Source: a virus. From it: a DNA stretch of 64,000 nt. A model generated the notes under the pieces. The model did no database searches and was not told where the DNA came from. It was given only the letters and a program-made list of their open reading frames with translations. Each line of letters starts with the position of its first letter. Position 1 is the stretch's first letter. The position numbers and the translations under genes are program-made. Of the stretch, positions 17,160-26,798 are shown piece after piece. The stretch covers positions 36,325 to 100,324 of IMG/VR virus record IMGVR_UViG_3300025383_000015; one strand, written 5' to 3'.

Positions 17160-19156
17160 TTGGCTTCACCCCATTTATCTACAATTTTTACATCTGCAAT
17201 AAGAGGAACTGTAATCTGTGGAAAAGAAATTCCTTCCATCGACACACGGATTGCCTCTGCTACCTCATCTGCAAGATGTTCTGGGGTAACAGTAACCAGT
17301 TCATCGTGCACAGTCAAGAGCACGTTTACCTCTGGTTCGTCTAAGAAGCATGAGTGTGCCCTAACAATGGCTAATTTCATGATGTCTGCAGCAGACCCTT
17401 GAATTACGGTGTTAAATGCCTGTCGTTCTGCCCTGGATCTAAGGCTTTTCTCATTACTACGTAACTCTGGAAGATAACGACGTCTTCCTAGGAGAGTTTC
17501 TACATATGGGGTTGGGCGCTTATTTTCGGCTAAACGCACAACTTTGGCCTTGTACCGAGCAATATCGTGGAATCTTCCTGTAAAATCCTCAAGAAGATCT
17601 TTGGCTTCTTTTAGACTTAAACCTAGTTGTTCAGCGATCTTATCTGGACCTACACCATACGACATGGCAAGAACCAATACCTTACCTGCTTTACGATTAA
17701 GTCCGACTGTGTCACCGATAGTGGTGTACACATCCCCACCTTCTAAGTAGTTCTTCATCAAAATAGGGTCGTTAGAAAATGCTGCAATAATCCGTGGCTC
17801 AATTTGAGAGTAGTCAGCAACAACTAACTTGTATCCCTTGGGTGCGATGAACAAGTTACGAATAAGTTTTCCGTACTCACCTCCGCTTGGAATGTTCTGC
17901 AGATTTGGTTCAGAGGAAGAGAACCGACCTGTTTCAGCACCATGCGCTTTGAAATTTGTATGAACTTTGCCTTTAACAAGGAGTGAGTCTTTCTTGATGA
18001 TCTTAGACTTTCCTAGATTAGTTCGGGTAATGTCTCCACCAAGATATGGCATCACATATGTTGTCATCAACTTATTTAAGTCCTGGTAATCCAAAAGAGC
18101 ATCTACGAGATCGTCTGTGCCACGAAACAACTCAAGAGCATCAGATGATACTGAGTAATGCTGAATTCCTAGCGGCTCTCCAGCGTTCTTTTGAGCGTAG
18201 CCTTTAGGAGTAAGTGCGATCTTCAAACGGGTATTTGGCTTTAATCCTCGTCCACCTTCGCTCTTTGGGCTAAACAACATCTTCTGTTTTTCAGGTATGG
18301 AGTTAAGAGAGAAGGCTTCACCCGTAATCTTCCACGCACGTGCCTTTGCATCATCTAAGTCTTTATCAATACGTGTTTTTAAAGTTGTTAATTGTTCTGT
18401 GTCGATCGTTGCTCCTGCTAATTCCATGTCGCAGAGAGCAGCAACTACGTCCATCTCCAACTTCCACACTGCTTGAAGACTGCCTTCAAGTCGTGGGTCT
18501 AACGCCTTGTACAACTTCCAAGTAACTTCAGCGTCAATTCCTGAGTATTTTGCAACGTCTTCAAACGAGTGAACTTCTACCTGTGCTCCAACACCTTTTT
18601 CAACGATGATACCTAGTTCCCGTTTGGAGCAGTCAGCAAGACCAAGTCCTAGACGATTGCGGTTATCAATAATGAATGAGGCCATCAAAGTGTCAAAAAA
18701 AGGTTTAGTAGGAACTATTCCTCGGTAGTACTTTGCAATCGACTTAAGGTCAAACTTGACGTTGTGACCGATCTTCAACTTATCACTAAAGAACAACGGC
18801 TTAAGAGCCTTAAAGACGTCACCAGGAAGAAGTTGTTTAGGTGCTGGACCAAAGACTGGTCTCCAGTTTGCTTTGTTCTTAGAGTAATCAGCATCGGTAA
18901 GTTCTTTACCTTTTGCAAGTTTGGCTTGACCGCCTTTAAGAAGGTCTTTATCCCAACGCAAAAACTCACCATTTGGATGTCCCATGGGAATGACATCAAC
19001 GCGACCTTCTGTCGCTAACGAAATCCACAAAACGTCGTTGACTACAGGTTGGATTCTATTTTCACCAACTGTTTCGACGTCAAATGCAAATGCATCTACC
19101 TTGGAGTAATACTCAACAAGGTCTTCTAACTGTTCTTTTGTTGTAATTATGTTCAT
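17156..19156 (-). CDS. polA: Family A DNA polymerase (3'-5' exonuclease plus polymerase; no 5' nuclease)
   Basis: FDVET ExoI, GHNVKFD, TGRFSSSEPNLQNIP, ADYSQIE, motif B KVLVLAMSYG, TVHDE. Confidence 0.95.
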   Translation of the reverse strand: MNIITTKEQLEDLVEYYSKVDAFAFDVETVGENRIQPVVNDVLWISLATEGRVDVIPMGHPNGEFLRWDKDLLKGGQAKLAKGKELTDADYSKNKANWRPVFGPAPKQLLPGDVFKALKPLFFSDKLKIGHNVKFDLKSIAKYYRGIVPTKPFFDTLMASFIIDNRNRLGLGLADCSKRELGIIVEKGVGAQVEVHSFEDVAKYSGIDAEVTWKLYKALDPRLEGSLQAVWKLEMDVVAALCDMELAGATIDTEQLTTLKTRIDKDLDDAKARAWKITGEAFSLNSIPEKQKMLFSPKSEGGRGLKPNTRLKIALTPKGYAQKNAGEPLGIQHYSVSSDALELFRGTDDLVDALLDYQDLNKLMTTYVMPYLGGDITRTNLGKSKIIKKDSLLVKGKVHTNFKAHGAETGRFSSSEPNLQNIPSGGEYGKLIRNLFIAPKGYKLVVADYSQIEPRIIAAFSNDPILMKNYLEGGDVYTTIGDTVGLNRKAGKVLVLAMSYGVGPDKIAEQLGLSLKEAKDLLEDFTGRFHDIARYKAKVVRLAENKRPTPYVETLLGRRRYLPELRSNEKSLRSRAERQAFNTVIQGSAADIMKLAIVRAHSCFLDEPEVNVLLTVHDELVTVTPEHLADEVAEAIRVSMEGISFPQITVPLIADVKIVDKWGEAK

Positions 19157-19178
19157 TTATCCCTCAATAAATAGATGG

Positions 19179-19206
19179 AGAGAGCCAGTGATAGGGCTGG
19201 CTCTCT
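19179..19206 (-). terminator. Intergenic hairpin (weak terminator or mRNA-stabilising stem) after the SSB gene
   Basis: 10-bp perfect stem AGAGAGCCAG/CTGGCTCTCT with an 8-nt loop; poor U-tract. Confidence 0.5.
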
Positions 19207-19220
19207 ACCGTGATTGGAAG

Positions 19221-19892
19221 TTACTCTGATTCGCGAGCGACTTCAAGTAGTTCTGAGCGAGGGGATTCTCGAACTACCTGTGCTGCTGTGTATGGCACAG
19301 CATTCGCTACTAGAGCATTGACCTGATCAAGGTCTAACTTCCAGTCCTCAGCAAGATCACGAGCGCGAACAAAGTTAAAACTGTATTGAGTTGTTCGGCC
19401 CATTCCCATGCGAGAAACTTCCCAGAACTCTCTTGTAAGAGGTCCTTTGCGCTCATCCTTGTGGGATGCAACGATTTGACGTGCTAGAACTGGAGGCGCA
19501 GTAAGTACTTGTACTGACTGTGTATCACCGCTAAGAACCAAGACGTTCCATGCGAACTTGCCGCGTGGCTTGTCTCCTAGGATGTCGCAGAGTGGGCAAC
19601 CATTTTCTGAGTTGGCACTGCAAACAAAGGATTTACGACCCTTTGGGCGTTCGATCCAGTGTTGCTCATATACTGCAAATGGCTCATCTTGCAGGAACTT
19701 GATGAGTTGAGATGACTCCGTAAACTTGAAGTCAGTTGGGTATTCGCTAGATGTTTCTGGCTTTAGCAACGCTTCAAGAGCGCTCATACCAGATTGGATT
19801 GTTGTTCCTACTTTTGGTGTAGCGTCTTCTTGATCTGGATCAAGTGCAGCGCTATACGCGTCAGCAGCAACTGTTGGTTGTGTGATAGGCAT
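19221..19892 (-). CDS. Putative single-stranded DNA-binding protein (gp32-like)
   Basis: IKFL...QHW...FVC...CPLC pattern, EVSRMG-x2-RTTQY, adjacent to the polymerase; start reassigned to MPITQ. Confidence 0.65.
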   Translation of the reverse strand: MPITQPTVAADAYSAALDPDQEDATPKVGTTIQSGMSALEALLKPETSSEYPTDFKFTESSQLIKFLQDEPFAVYEQHWIERPKGRKSFVCSANSENGCPLCDILGDKPRGKFAWNVLVLSGDTQSVQVLTAPPVLARQIVASHKDERKGPLTREFWEVSRMGMGRTTQYSFNFVRARDLAEDWKLDLDQVNALVANAVPYTAAQVVRESPRSELLEVARESE

Positions 19893-19944
19893 GTGTTTTC
19901 TTTCTGTAAGGGGCACGGCATAGGCTGTTGTACATAGACGTTGC

Positions 19945-20415
19945 CTAAGTCTGGCTCTCGGTTGTTGTGATTTCCTTCCAACGCTCTACTAGAGCCTCTG
20001 TAAGGTCATCGTGTTCGTTCCACTCAATACGAGCGGAACCAAGTAAGCCACGCTTTGAGAATTCCTCAATAGCGGACTCGATGAGGGAGCGGGTATACAC
20101 CCGATTTCCTCCAGTCTTTTGACCTTTTAAAGTCTTAGACCGTAGTCGATACGGGGCACGTGGGATATACCCTTTGCGCTCCCACATTCGGATGGTAACA
20201 ATGGTTTTTTCTAATGCGTGTGCTAGTGCACCGATAGTAAAAACCTCTGTCTCTTTACCACCAAGCATTTTAATGATGGGATTTTCATCCCAGCCATTAC
20301 TCTCACCGCTTTTACGGCGAGAAACCTTTGGGTCTAACTCGCGACGCTTACGCTTTGATCCAGGAAGATATTCAAGGTCGGCAAAGGCTGCCTCGATCTC
20401 TTCGTCGCTGCGCAT
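19945..20415 (-). CDS. MerR-type HTH DNA-binding protein
   Basis: FTIGALAHAL-x5-TIRMWERKGYIP...RVYT. Confidence 0.75.
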   Translation of the reverse strand: MRSDEEIEAAFADLEYLPGSKRKRRELDPKVSRRKSGESNGWDENPIIKMLGGKETEVFTIGALAHALEKTIVTIRMWERKGYIPRAPYRLRSKTLKGQKTGGNRVYTRSLIESAIEEFSKRGLLGSARIEWNEHDDLTEALVERWKEITTTESQT

Positions 20416-20425
20416 GTATTAGTCC

Positions 20426-20608
20426 TTAATGATTGTGTGGGTTTGGAATTAACTTACAGAAAGTCTTTCCATCAAAAGCAGTTTTCCAATCGTGATGGAT
20501 TCCTTGTGGGTCAACACACACAAATCCAGAAAGATTAGGGGTTGTTGACGCGTGCGCTGGAACTACAGACGCTGCAAGAATAATTGCAGTAACAGTTAAA
20601 ATCTTCAT
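20426..20608 (-). CDS. Small secreted protein
   Basis: Signal peptide ending PAHA; two Cys in the mature part. Confidence 0.6.
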   Translation of the reverse strand: MKILTVTAIILAASVVPAHASTTPNLSGFVCVDPQGIHHDWKTAFDGKTFCKLIPNPHNH

Positions 20609-20610
20609 CT

Positions 20611-21051
20611 TTATCCCTTATCCATTACTAGTGCCCATGATATTTGTTGTGGATACATCTCGTCAATTTCTTGTTCAGTAAGTTGGTCGCTGTACAAAGC
20701 AGCCATCAAAGCATCTTCGTCAATAACACGAATAGTCTTGTAGAGTTGATCGCCAAGATTCTTTGCTTCAATAATTTCTTCTGCTTTTGCTTCGTTAATT
20801 TTACGAGAAACACGGCGTTGCTTTTTAAAACCAACAACACCATCTACTTCATCAGGAAGTTCTAGGATTACATGACCATCAGTGTCTGTTTCGCCAACTT
20901 CATCAATCTTTTCAAACAACTTATCGCGTAGAGTTTTTACTTTAGACTCAAAATATTCAATCTGTTTTTTAGAAAATATGTACTCTTTTGCTTGAGTAGT
21001 CAACTCATCTTCAGATGCGATTCGTGGTTCTGTTGGCTTTACCCTCGCCAT
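20611..21051 (-). CDS. Hypothetical protein
   Basis: 146 aa; GGAGG RBS; charged helical sequence. Confidence 0.75.
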   Translation of the reverse strand: MARVKPTEPRIASEDELTTQAKEYIFSKKQIEYFESKVKTLRDKLFEKIDEVGETDTDGHVILELPDEVDGVVGFKKQRRVSRKINEAKAEEIIEAKNLGDQLYKTIRVIDEDALMAALYSDQLTEQEIDEMYPQQISWALVMDKG

Positions 21052-21059
21052 TGTGCCTC

Positions 21060-22610
21060 CTAGTTTCTTCCTGTAAGGAAACTTATCAAACTTCCAACTG
21101 TCATGTCAATTCCGCCTTTAGAATTGATTCCAGCCCCATCAAGGACTGCATCTGCTACGGCGTTCTTTTGTTGGAGCATGTCATGTTGTCTTACTTCTAT
21201 TGAGTTTTCCATGATCATGTCTTGAATAATCACAGTTGGCCACCTGCTAGATGCTCTTTTGATTCTTCCGTTTCGTTGTACAGATAGTCCTGCACTCCAT
21301 GGAAGGTCGTAGTTAATTAGTAGGTTGGCATTTGGCAAATCTACACCATAACCACCCGCATCAGAGGAAATGAACACGCGACACGCGGGATCAGTTAAAA
21401 ACTTCTCTTTACTAGCCTCTTTTTCTTTGGCATCCATAGACCCTGTGTAAAGGGTGCCACCCACTAACTCCTGAATTTTTACAAGCATTCCTACATAGGA
21501 GGTAAAAATAACAACTTTGGCATCTGGATCAGTATCTAAGTGGTCTTGGACATACTCTTTAAGAACCATCAATTTATGGGATTTTTTAGAGTTCAACAAC
21601 TCTCGTTCTTTTAGGCTATAGGCATAAGCACTGCCTTCCCCATTTTGCTCTTCAAACTTGGTGGCGCTATCTATGAGTAGTTCTGGATGATCACACAACA
21701 TTCTTAGTGCAGTAATTTTGCTCATGATAGAACCCCGCATAGCATCCGCTGGTCCACTTTGTTTGTTTTCGTGGCCATAGTGCGCCATCAACGAAAAGTT
21801 TGCTCCCAACAACTGCTGGGCCTCAATTAACTCGTTGCATAACTCTTCTGATATGTACTTGTAAAGTTTTTTGTTGTCACTATCAAACGGAACAACTATA
21901 GGATCTCTGTAAATAGTGTCAGGAAGATAAGGGGCTACATCTTCGTCTGTTTGTGTTTTTCTTACTGAAGCCTGCTGAACCTTTTGGTGAAATAAAGGTA
22001 AATTTCTATAGCGTTGTACACCTCCAAAATGATTTCGCACGATAAACGTCTGATCAAAAAGGTCAAATCTTCCAAGTAGATTAGGATCGACAAATTGCAT
22101 AATCGAGTACAGTTCTTCTGGGCGTCCGTTCTCAATAGGTGTACCAGTCAGCGCAAACCTAACCTTTACATCTTTTGAGAGTTGTTTGACCTTCTTGGCC
22201 CTTTGGGAACGGAAGCCTTTTATAGCGGTTGCTTCATCACATACGATTGCATCCCAGTTAATCTTGCTAACGATATCCCAGTCATTAACTATGGCTTCGT
22301 AGTTGCATATTAAGTAGTCAGTATTTTCAGACCATTGTTTTTCACGTTTGATTTTTGACCCGTCAACTACTGTTGAAGATGAATCAGAAAACTTTGCTAT
22401 TTCTTTTTGCCACTGGTATTTAAGACTTGATAAACAAATGATTAATGTTGGTCCTGTTATATCTTTGTTGTCTCGAAGTTGTTCTATCGCAGCAATAGAC
22501 ATCGCTGTTTTTCCAAGACCCATTTCATAGGCAACTAACATGGTTTTGCGATCAACCATCTTGGCTACTGCCTCAACTTGATATGGTTTTAAAGATTTTT
22601 TAAAAGACAT
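21060..22610 (-). CDS. SNF2-family helicase
   Basis: LKPYQ, EMGLGKT, CDEA, LTGTPIEN, QRNGRIKR. Confidence 0.9.
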   Translation of the reverse strand: MSFKKSLKPYQVEAVAKMVDRKTMLVAYEMGLGKTAMSIAAIEQLRDNKDITGPTLIICLSSLKYQWQKEIAKFSDSSSTVVDGSKIKREKQWSENTDYLICNYEAIVNDWDIVSKINWDAIVCDEATAIKGFRSQRAKKVKQLSKDVKVRFALTGTPIENGRPEELYSIMQFVDPNLLGRFDLFDQTFIVRNHFGGVQRYRNLPLFHQKVQQASVRKTQTDEDVAPYLPDTIYRDPIVVPFDSDNKKLYKYISEELCNELIEAQQLLGANFSLMAHYGHENKQSGPADAMRGSIMSKITALRMLCDHPELLIDSATKFEEQNGEGSAYAYSLKERELLNSKKSHKLMVLKEYVQDHLDTDPDAKVVIFTSYVGMLVKIQELVGGTLYTGSMDAKEKEASKEKFLTDPACRVFISSDAGGYGVDLPNANLLINYDLPWSAGLSVQRNGRIKRASSRWPTVIIQDMIMENSIEVRQHDMLQQKNAVADAVLDGAGINSKGGIDMTVGSLISFLTGRN

Positions 22611-22788
22611 TATTGTCAGGATTATCTACGGGGGTAGGGGCAGTGAGTAAGGTTCCGCAGTCATCGCATTCAGCATCTGTAAACCATAATGCGATGTCAT
22701 AGTTTTCAAACATTGCTTTTATCTTCAATACTAAATGCCCACAGTTAGGACAGGCATGTGTAGGAACTCCTCGTGCGTCTAGCGTCAT
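22600..22788 (-). CDS. Small zinc-ribbon protein
   Basis: CPNCG...CDDCG. Confidence 0.7.
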   Translation of the reverse strand: MTLDARGVPTHACPNCGHLVLKIKAMFENYDIALWFTDAECDDCGTLLTAPTPVDNPDNNVF

Positions 22789-23714
22789 GCGTAGGCTTCC
22801 TTACCGTAGATCATGTGTTTAGCAGTTTCTAAGCCACGCTGTATTTGCTTTTCAGACATGTCTCCGACGTCTTTTACGTCAATACCTGTGTAATTAAAGT
22901 ACCTAAGATCAAATCCATATTTGCGAGAAAATACTAACATCTGTTCTGATGCCTTTTTTCCTGCTTGGTCGTTGTCAAATGCAGAAATGATACTTATCGC
23001 TCTGCGCATTAACTTACCTTGTTCTTCACTAATGATTGCGCCATATGTGGCGATAGCGTTGTACCCCAAGCCAGTAAGACGAACAGCGTCCAAAGGAGAT
23101 TCGACAACCCATAATGGTTTAGACTCGTCAAGAATCTGTACGCCAAAGACTGTCTTAGACTTCTTTACTCCTGGTGGATAGTTTCTAAAAAACCTTCCTG
23201 TTGCGCCCTTTTCTTGCCATCCCCAAAGAGAAAAATCATCAGGCTCTCTAATCGGCAAAATCCAAGCGTTGTTTTTAGGATCCCAAAGAACTCCATGAGA
23301 ATTTACTGCCTCTCGTGTGAGGAACCTCTTCTTGAGTTCTATATCTGGAACATCAGTAAACACGGCTAAACGGGCTTCTGACATGCCAATAGGCTCTTCT
23401 GGGACAATGTACTGAGGAAGGTCTTTCAAGCGCTGTAACAGGGTGTCAAGGGGCAGTTCTGTCTTCTCTTTGAGGAAGTCCTGGATATCAAAATGATCCA
23501 GCCCTTTAAGATCTCGAACAAGGGTGTACATATTGCCCTTGTACCCACAAGAAAAGCAGAGATGAACACCTGTCTCTAAGTTAACCCACCATGAAGGGCT
23601 GTGATCATCGCTACCTGTGCGAGCCTTATGCATTGGGCATAGCCCGTTAACTTCGTTGCCTCGTTGAGCAACCATAGTCACATCAAGGTTTAGAAGAACC
23701 TTCTCAACGTCCAT
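22785..23714 (-). CDS. DNA primase (CHC2 zinc finger plus TOPRIM)
   Basis: CPMH...CFSC, VVESPLD, FDNDQAG, KDVGD. Confidence 0.9.
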   Translation of the reverse strand: MDVEKVLLNLDVTMVAQRGNEVNGLCPMHKARTGSDDHSPSWWVNLETGVHLCFSCGYKGNMYTLVRDLKGLDHFDIQDFLKEKTELPLDTLLQRLKDLPQYIVPEEPIGMSEARLAVFTDVPDIELKKRFLTREAVNSHGVLWDPKNNAWILPIREPDDFSLWGWQEKGATGRFFRNYPPGVKKSKTVFGVQILDESKPLWVVESPLDAVRLTGLGYNAIATYGAIISEEQGKLMRRAISIISAFDNDQAGKKASEQMLVFSRKYGFDLRYFNYTGIDVKDVGDMSEKQIQRGLETAKHMIYGKEAYA

Positions 23715-24967
23715 TAGCGGTTCGCCATGTACTTAAGGCAGAACTGACATTTAGACATTTCGTCTTCATCGTGAAAGCACCCTGTTTCCCAGTTCCAGGT
23801 AATAGGAGTTTCTGTTGGAGGGCAGTTACGGCTAGAAACAATGCGAAGTTTTCTTACTTCTTCATCTTCTTCGACAGGCTCTAATCCCAAGATAACATCT
23901 GAGTCTTGGAAGAATGAGGATGAGTAACCAATAGAATCAGCAGTAACTTTTCCTCCACGCATTTTCCATAGCAAAGTCTGAGTAGTAATAATTACTGGCT
24001 TGTTAATCTTTTGCGCCAAGCGCTTTAGTCCTCGAGTAATGTTTGTAATTGCCTGTGGGGTGTTCATCTCTCCTGAGACTTCATCAAGCATCAAGTACAC
24101 ACCATCAACAAACACAACATCAGGTTTTGTTTGCTGAATCTTTGCTGCTAACGATGAGACTGTCAGACCATTTACAGCGTCAATCAAGTGAAAAGACTGC
24201 ATAGTTTCAATTCGATTAAGCGAGGTTACATAGCGAGCATCTTCTGCAGGCTGCAACTTTCCTCGACGCAAACGTGTATGGGATATGTTTGCTCTAATAG
24301 CGTCGTGACGTTGCTGTTGTTCGTGGTTGTTCATCTCGAAGGACTGAAACATTGGAACTTTGCCACTCTCGTGAACATTGATCGCAATCTTCAAAGCAAT
24401 TTGAGATTTACCAGTCTTTGGTGGGGCGATGATAGTGATGAGTTGTCCGCCTTGAAGTCCAGCAGTTGCTTCATCAATCTTTTCAAAACCTGTAGGTATA
24501 CCTAGAAATTCTTGGTTCTGAAGTGCTTGGTATTCCTTGTATCTTTCTTCTACGTTTTTAGAAAGATCAATCTCATGTGTACCAAGAACACCTTGCTCGC
24601 TTACCTTTGTAAGCGTTCCCTCCATAGCGATGAGGGCTGCTTCGTGGTTGTTTTCTTGCAAGTTCTCAATCGCAGACTCTAACCCTTGACGAGTTATTAG
24701 GTTGCGACGAAACGTCACCATCGTGTCTAATAGGTAATCAATGGTGTCTTCTACATCTAAGACTTTGTAATTTGGGTAGTGGTCTTTTACAACAACAGCA
24801 GTAGGCACTTCGTTGTACTCGTTGTAGTGCTGTACAACAAATTCCCACACTCTGCGGTTATCGTCATCAAGAAACCAATTAGGTTTTACATTTCGTTGGA
24901 GGGCTGGAGTTATATCTCTGTCTCGAACTACTTTACTTACTAAACGATGCTCATTATCTGCTGCCAT
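23714..24967 (-). CDS. dnaB: DnaB-like replicative helicase
   Basis: GIPTGF, APPKTGKS, SFEM, VFVDG, QDSD. Confidence 0.9.
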   Translation of the reverse strand: MAADNEHRLVSKVVRDRDITPALQRNVKPNWFLDDDNRRVWEFVVQHYNEYNEVPTAVVVKDHYPNYKVLDVEDTIDYLLDTMVTFRRNLITRQGLESAIENLQENNHEAALIAMEGTLTKVSEQGVLGTHEIDLSKNVEERYKEYQALQNQEFLGIPTGFEKIDEATAGLQGGQLITIIAPPKTGKSQIALKIAINVHESGKVPMFQSFEMNNHEQQQRHDAIRANISHTRLRRGKLQPAEDARYVTSLNRIETMQSFHLIDAVNGLTVSSLAAKIQQTKPDVVFVDGVYLMLDEVSGEMNTPQAITNITRGLKRLAQKINKPVIITTQTLLWKMRGGKVTADSIGYSSSFFQDSDVILGLEPVEEDEEVRKLRIVSSRNCPPTETPITWNWETGCFHDEDEMSKCQFCLKYMANR

Positions 24968-24977
24968 TACGCCCCTC

Positions 24978-25394
24978 CTACAAGTTTTCTAGTTCTACTC
25001 CCCAAGATCCATACCGAGCGACTCTACCAGGTAAATCAATTACGCCTTTAAAGTTTGCTCTATACGGAAGATCATCAATAAAGTTATCGATGTCTGCGTA
25101 CAACTCAGCGTAGTTAAACGGGTTAGCACCACGCCTATCTAGCCTCGCCATAAAGTTATCTAAGTGTTCTTGAGTCCAGTCATCGGTCTCATACGCCGCT
25201 AGTTCAAGCGATAAACCGTACTTGTTTCCCAAATCCCACAATTGCTTTAACGCCAAAGCGTTAAGCCTTGTTATTTTTCTTTCTTGTGTTGTCCTAAGAA
25301 GTTTCTTTGTTTCCACCAACTCACTGACAGCAACAACGTCAATAAGGACAATAACACGAGGAGGCGTTTCGTTCGAGATGTCACCATTTTTCAT
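24978..25394 (-). CDS. Hypothetical protein
   Basis: 138 aa; ATGA overlap with the upstream gene. Confidence 0.7.
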   Translation of the reverse strand: MKNGDISNETPPRVIVLIDVVAVSELVETKKLLRTTQERKITRLNALALKQLWDLGNKYGLSLELAAYETDDWTQEHLDNFMARLDRRGANPFNYAELYADIDNFIDDLPYRANFKGVIDLPGRVARYGSWGVELENL

Positions 25395-25699
25395 ATAACC
25401 TCAATAGTAGAGTACTTCAAAACCAGTTCTCTAAACTTTACAGGATCTTCTATTGCATCAGCAACAGCCTCTTCACTAACCCCTTTAGGAATGCTGATGG
25501 CGTAACGTCCATTGTTGATTTTGCTTTTTACATTTACGTACTGAGTGTGCTTGCATGACCCACGCTTACCCCATACAGGGCATGTGCATCGTGTGTCTTT
25601 GGTTTCAGTATCGATCTCAACCTCAAACACACCCGCACCTTGATCAGAGATGAACATTTGGATAGTACGCCAGGTAGTCTCCATGCTCATCCCTTTCAC
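25391..25699 (-). CDS. SWIM zinc-finger protein
   Basis: CTC-x8-CKH. Confidence 0.7.
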   Translation of the reverse strand: MKGMSMETTWRTIQMFISDQGAGVFEVEIDTETKDTRCTCPVWGKRGSCKHTQYVNVKSKINNGRYAISIPKGVSEEAVADAIEDPVKFRELVLKYSTIEVI

Positions 25700-26412
25700 T
25701 GTTGGCCTCGCAAATCTGAACCAATGATAGGAACCTGTACAAAGGCTTCTTGAGCAAAACTTGCCATAGCCTCAGAGTACTTGGCTTCCCAGTTCTCAAG
25801 TTTAACATTTGTAGTCACGATTGTTGGTAAAGCCTTGTCGTATCTTAGGCGAAGAATCTCATCAAAAGATGCGTCATCGTACTTAGATCCGTACTCTTTA
25901 CCTAGATCGTCAATCACAAGGATGCGAACATTTAACCAGTCAAACTTAGAACGACCATGAAATCCGTCTAGTTCATCAAGAACTTTTTGATCTGGATCAT
26001 TGCCAAAAGTAGATTTCTTTAGTGAAAGAAACTCTGGATAAGTTAGGTAATGGATAGGGCGAAAACTCATACCAAAGTCTGAGTTTTTAATCCCTAAGAT
26101 TTTGCAGACTAGTTCATCGTCATCAGGTAAGCGCCTAATAACCTCCATAGCAGCAACAACTGCATGGGTTGTCTTACCGATTCCTGGACCTCCGTCGAAC
26201 AACAGACCGACTCCGTTAGTTCCAAGGTTGCCGATGTTCTTTACGGCATGACCTTCTACAACAGAGTCGATCCAATCCTTAATCTCATCAGGAAAGTATC
26301 CAGTCTTTTGAACTATGTCAGATGGCTCTAACCCAAGAAGTCTGCGTGGGATATTCGAAGTGCGAAGTAGCCAGTGTCTCTTAAGAGAAGATAGTTGGTT
26401 GATGTCGTACAT
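25696..26412 (-). CDS. DnaC/IstB-like AAA+ ATPase (helicase loader)
   Basis: GGPGIGKT, LVIDDLGKE, R-x5-PTIVTTN. Confidence 0.88.
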   Translation of the reverse strand: MYDINQLSSLKRHWLLRTSNIPRRLLGLEPSDIVQKTGYFPDEIKDWIDSVVEGHAVKNIGNLGTNGVGLLFDGGPGIGKTTHAVVAAMEVIRRLPDDDELVCKILGIKNSDFGMSFRPIHYLTYPEFLSLKKSTFGNDPDQKVLDELDGFHGRSKFDWLNVRILVIDDLGKEYGSKYDDASFDEILRLRYDKALPTIVTTNVKLENWEAKYSEAMASFAQEAFVQVPIIGSDLRGQQ

Positions 26413-26721
26413 CTAGGCCTTGAAGTTTAGTTCGCCGTAAAATGAAACAGGCTTTCCTTTGGCGTCTAGTTCTTCACCAGCAACCATTTTGACACTCTTA
26501 CGAGGAGTCATCTCAATCACCTTTGCTTTGATCCAACGCTTACCTGCTGATGCGTTCTTCCATGCGGTTTCAAAGGAGGCTGCTTCTGAATCAGGAATTG
26601 AGTTAAGATTTTGAAAACCCTGCAGTGGAGTAACGAGACTGACATTTGCCAACCATGCACCACCCTGTTCAGTGTTGAGTTTTAATGTTGCTGTAAATGT
26701 CTTTGTTACTTTCTTAGCCAT
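26413..26721 (-). CDS. Hypothetical protein
   Basis: 102 aa; GAGGAG RBS. Confidence 0.72.
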   Translation of the reverse strand: MAKKVTKTFTATLKLNTEQGGAWLANVSLVTPLQGFQNLNSIPDSEAASFETAWKNASAGKRWIKAKVIEMTPRKSVKMVAGEELDAKGKPVSFYGELNFKA

Positions 26722-26798
26722 GGTGCTCCTCGTGTGATTAGGTGAATCGATAATGCTGTGGTTAGTACTACCAAAATATATCCAAAGATATCTTTCAT
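26706..26798 (-). CDS. 30-aa single-transmembrane miniprotein (not in the ORF track)
   Basis: MKDIFGYILVVLTTALSIHLITRGAPWLRK; ATGA overlap with the initiator stop. Confidence 0.5.
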   Translation of the reverse strand: MKDIFGYILVVLTTALSIHLITRGAPWLRK

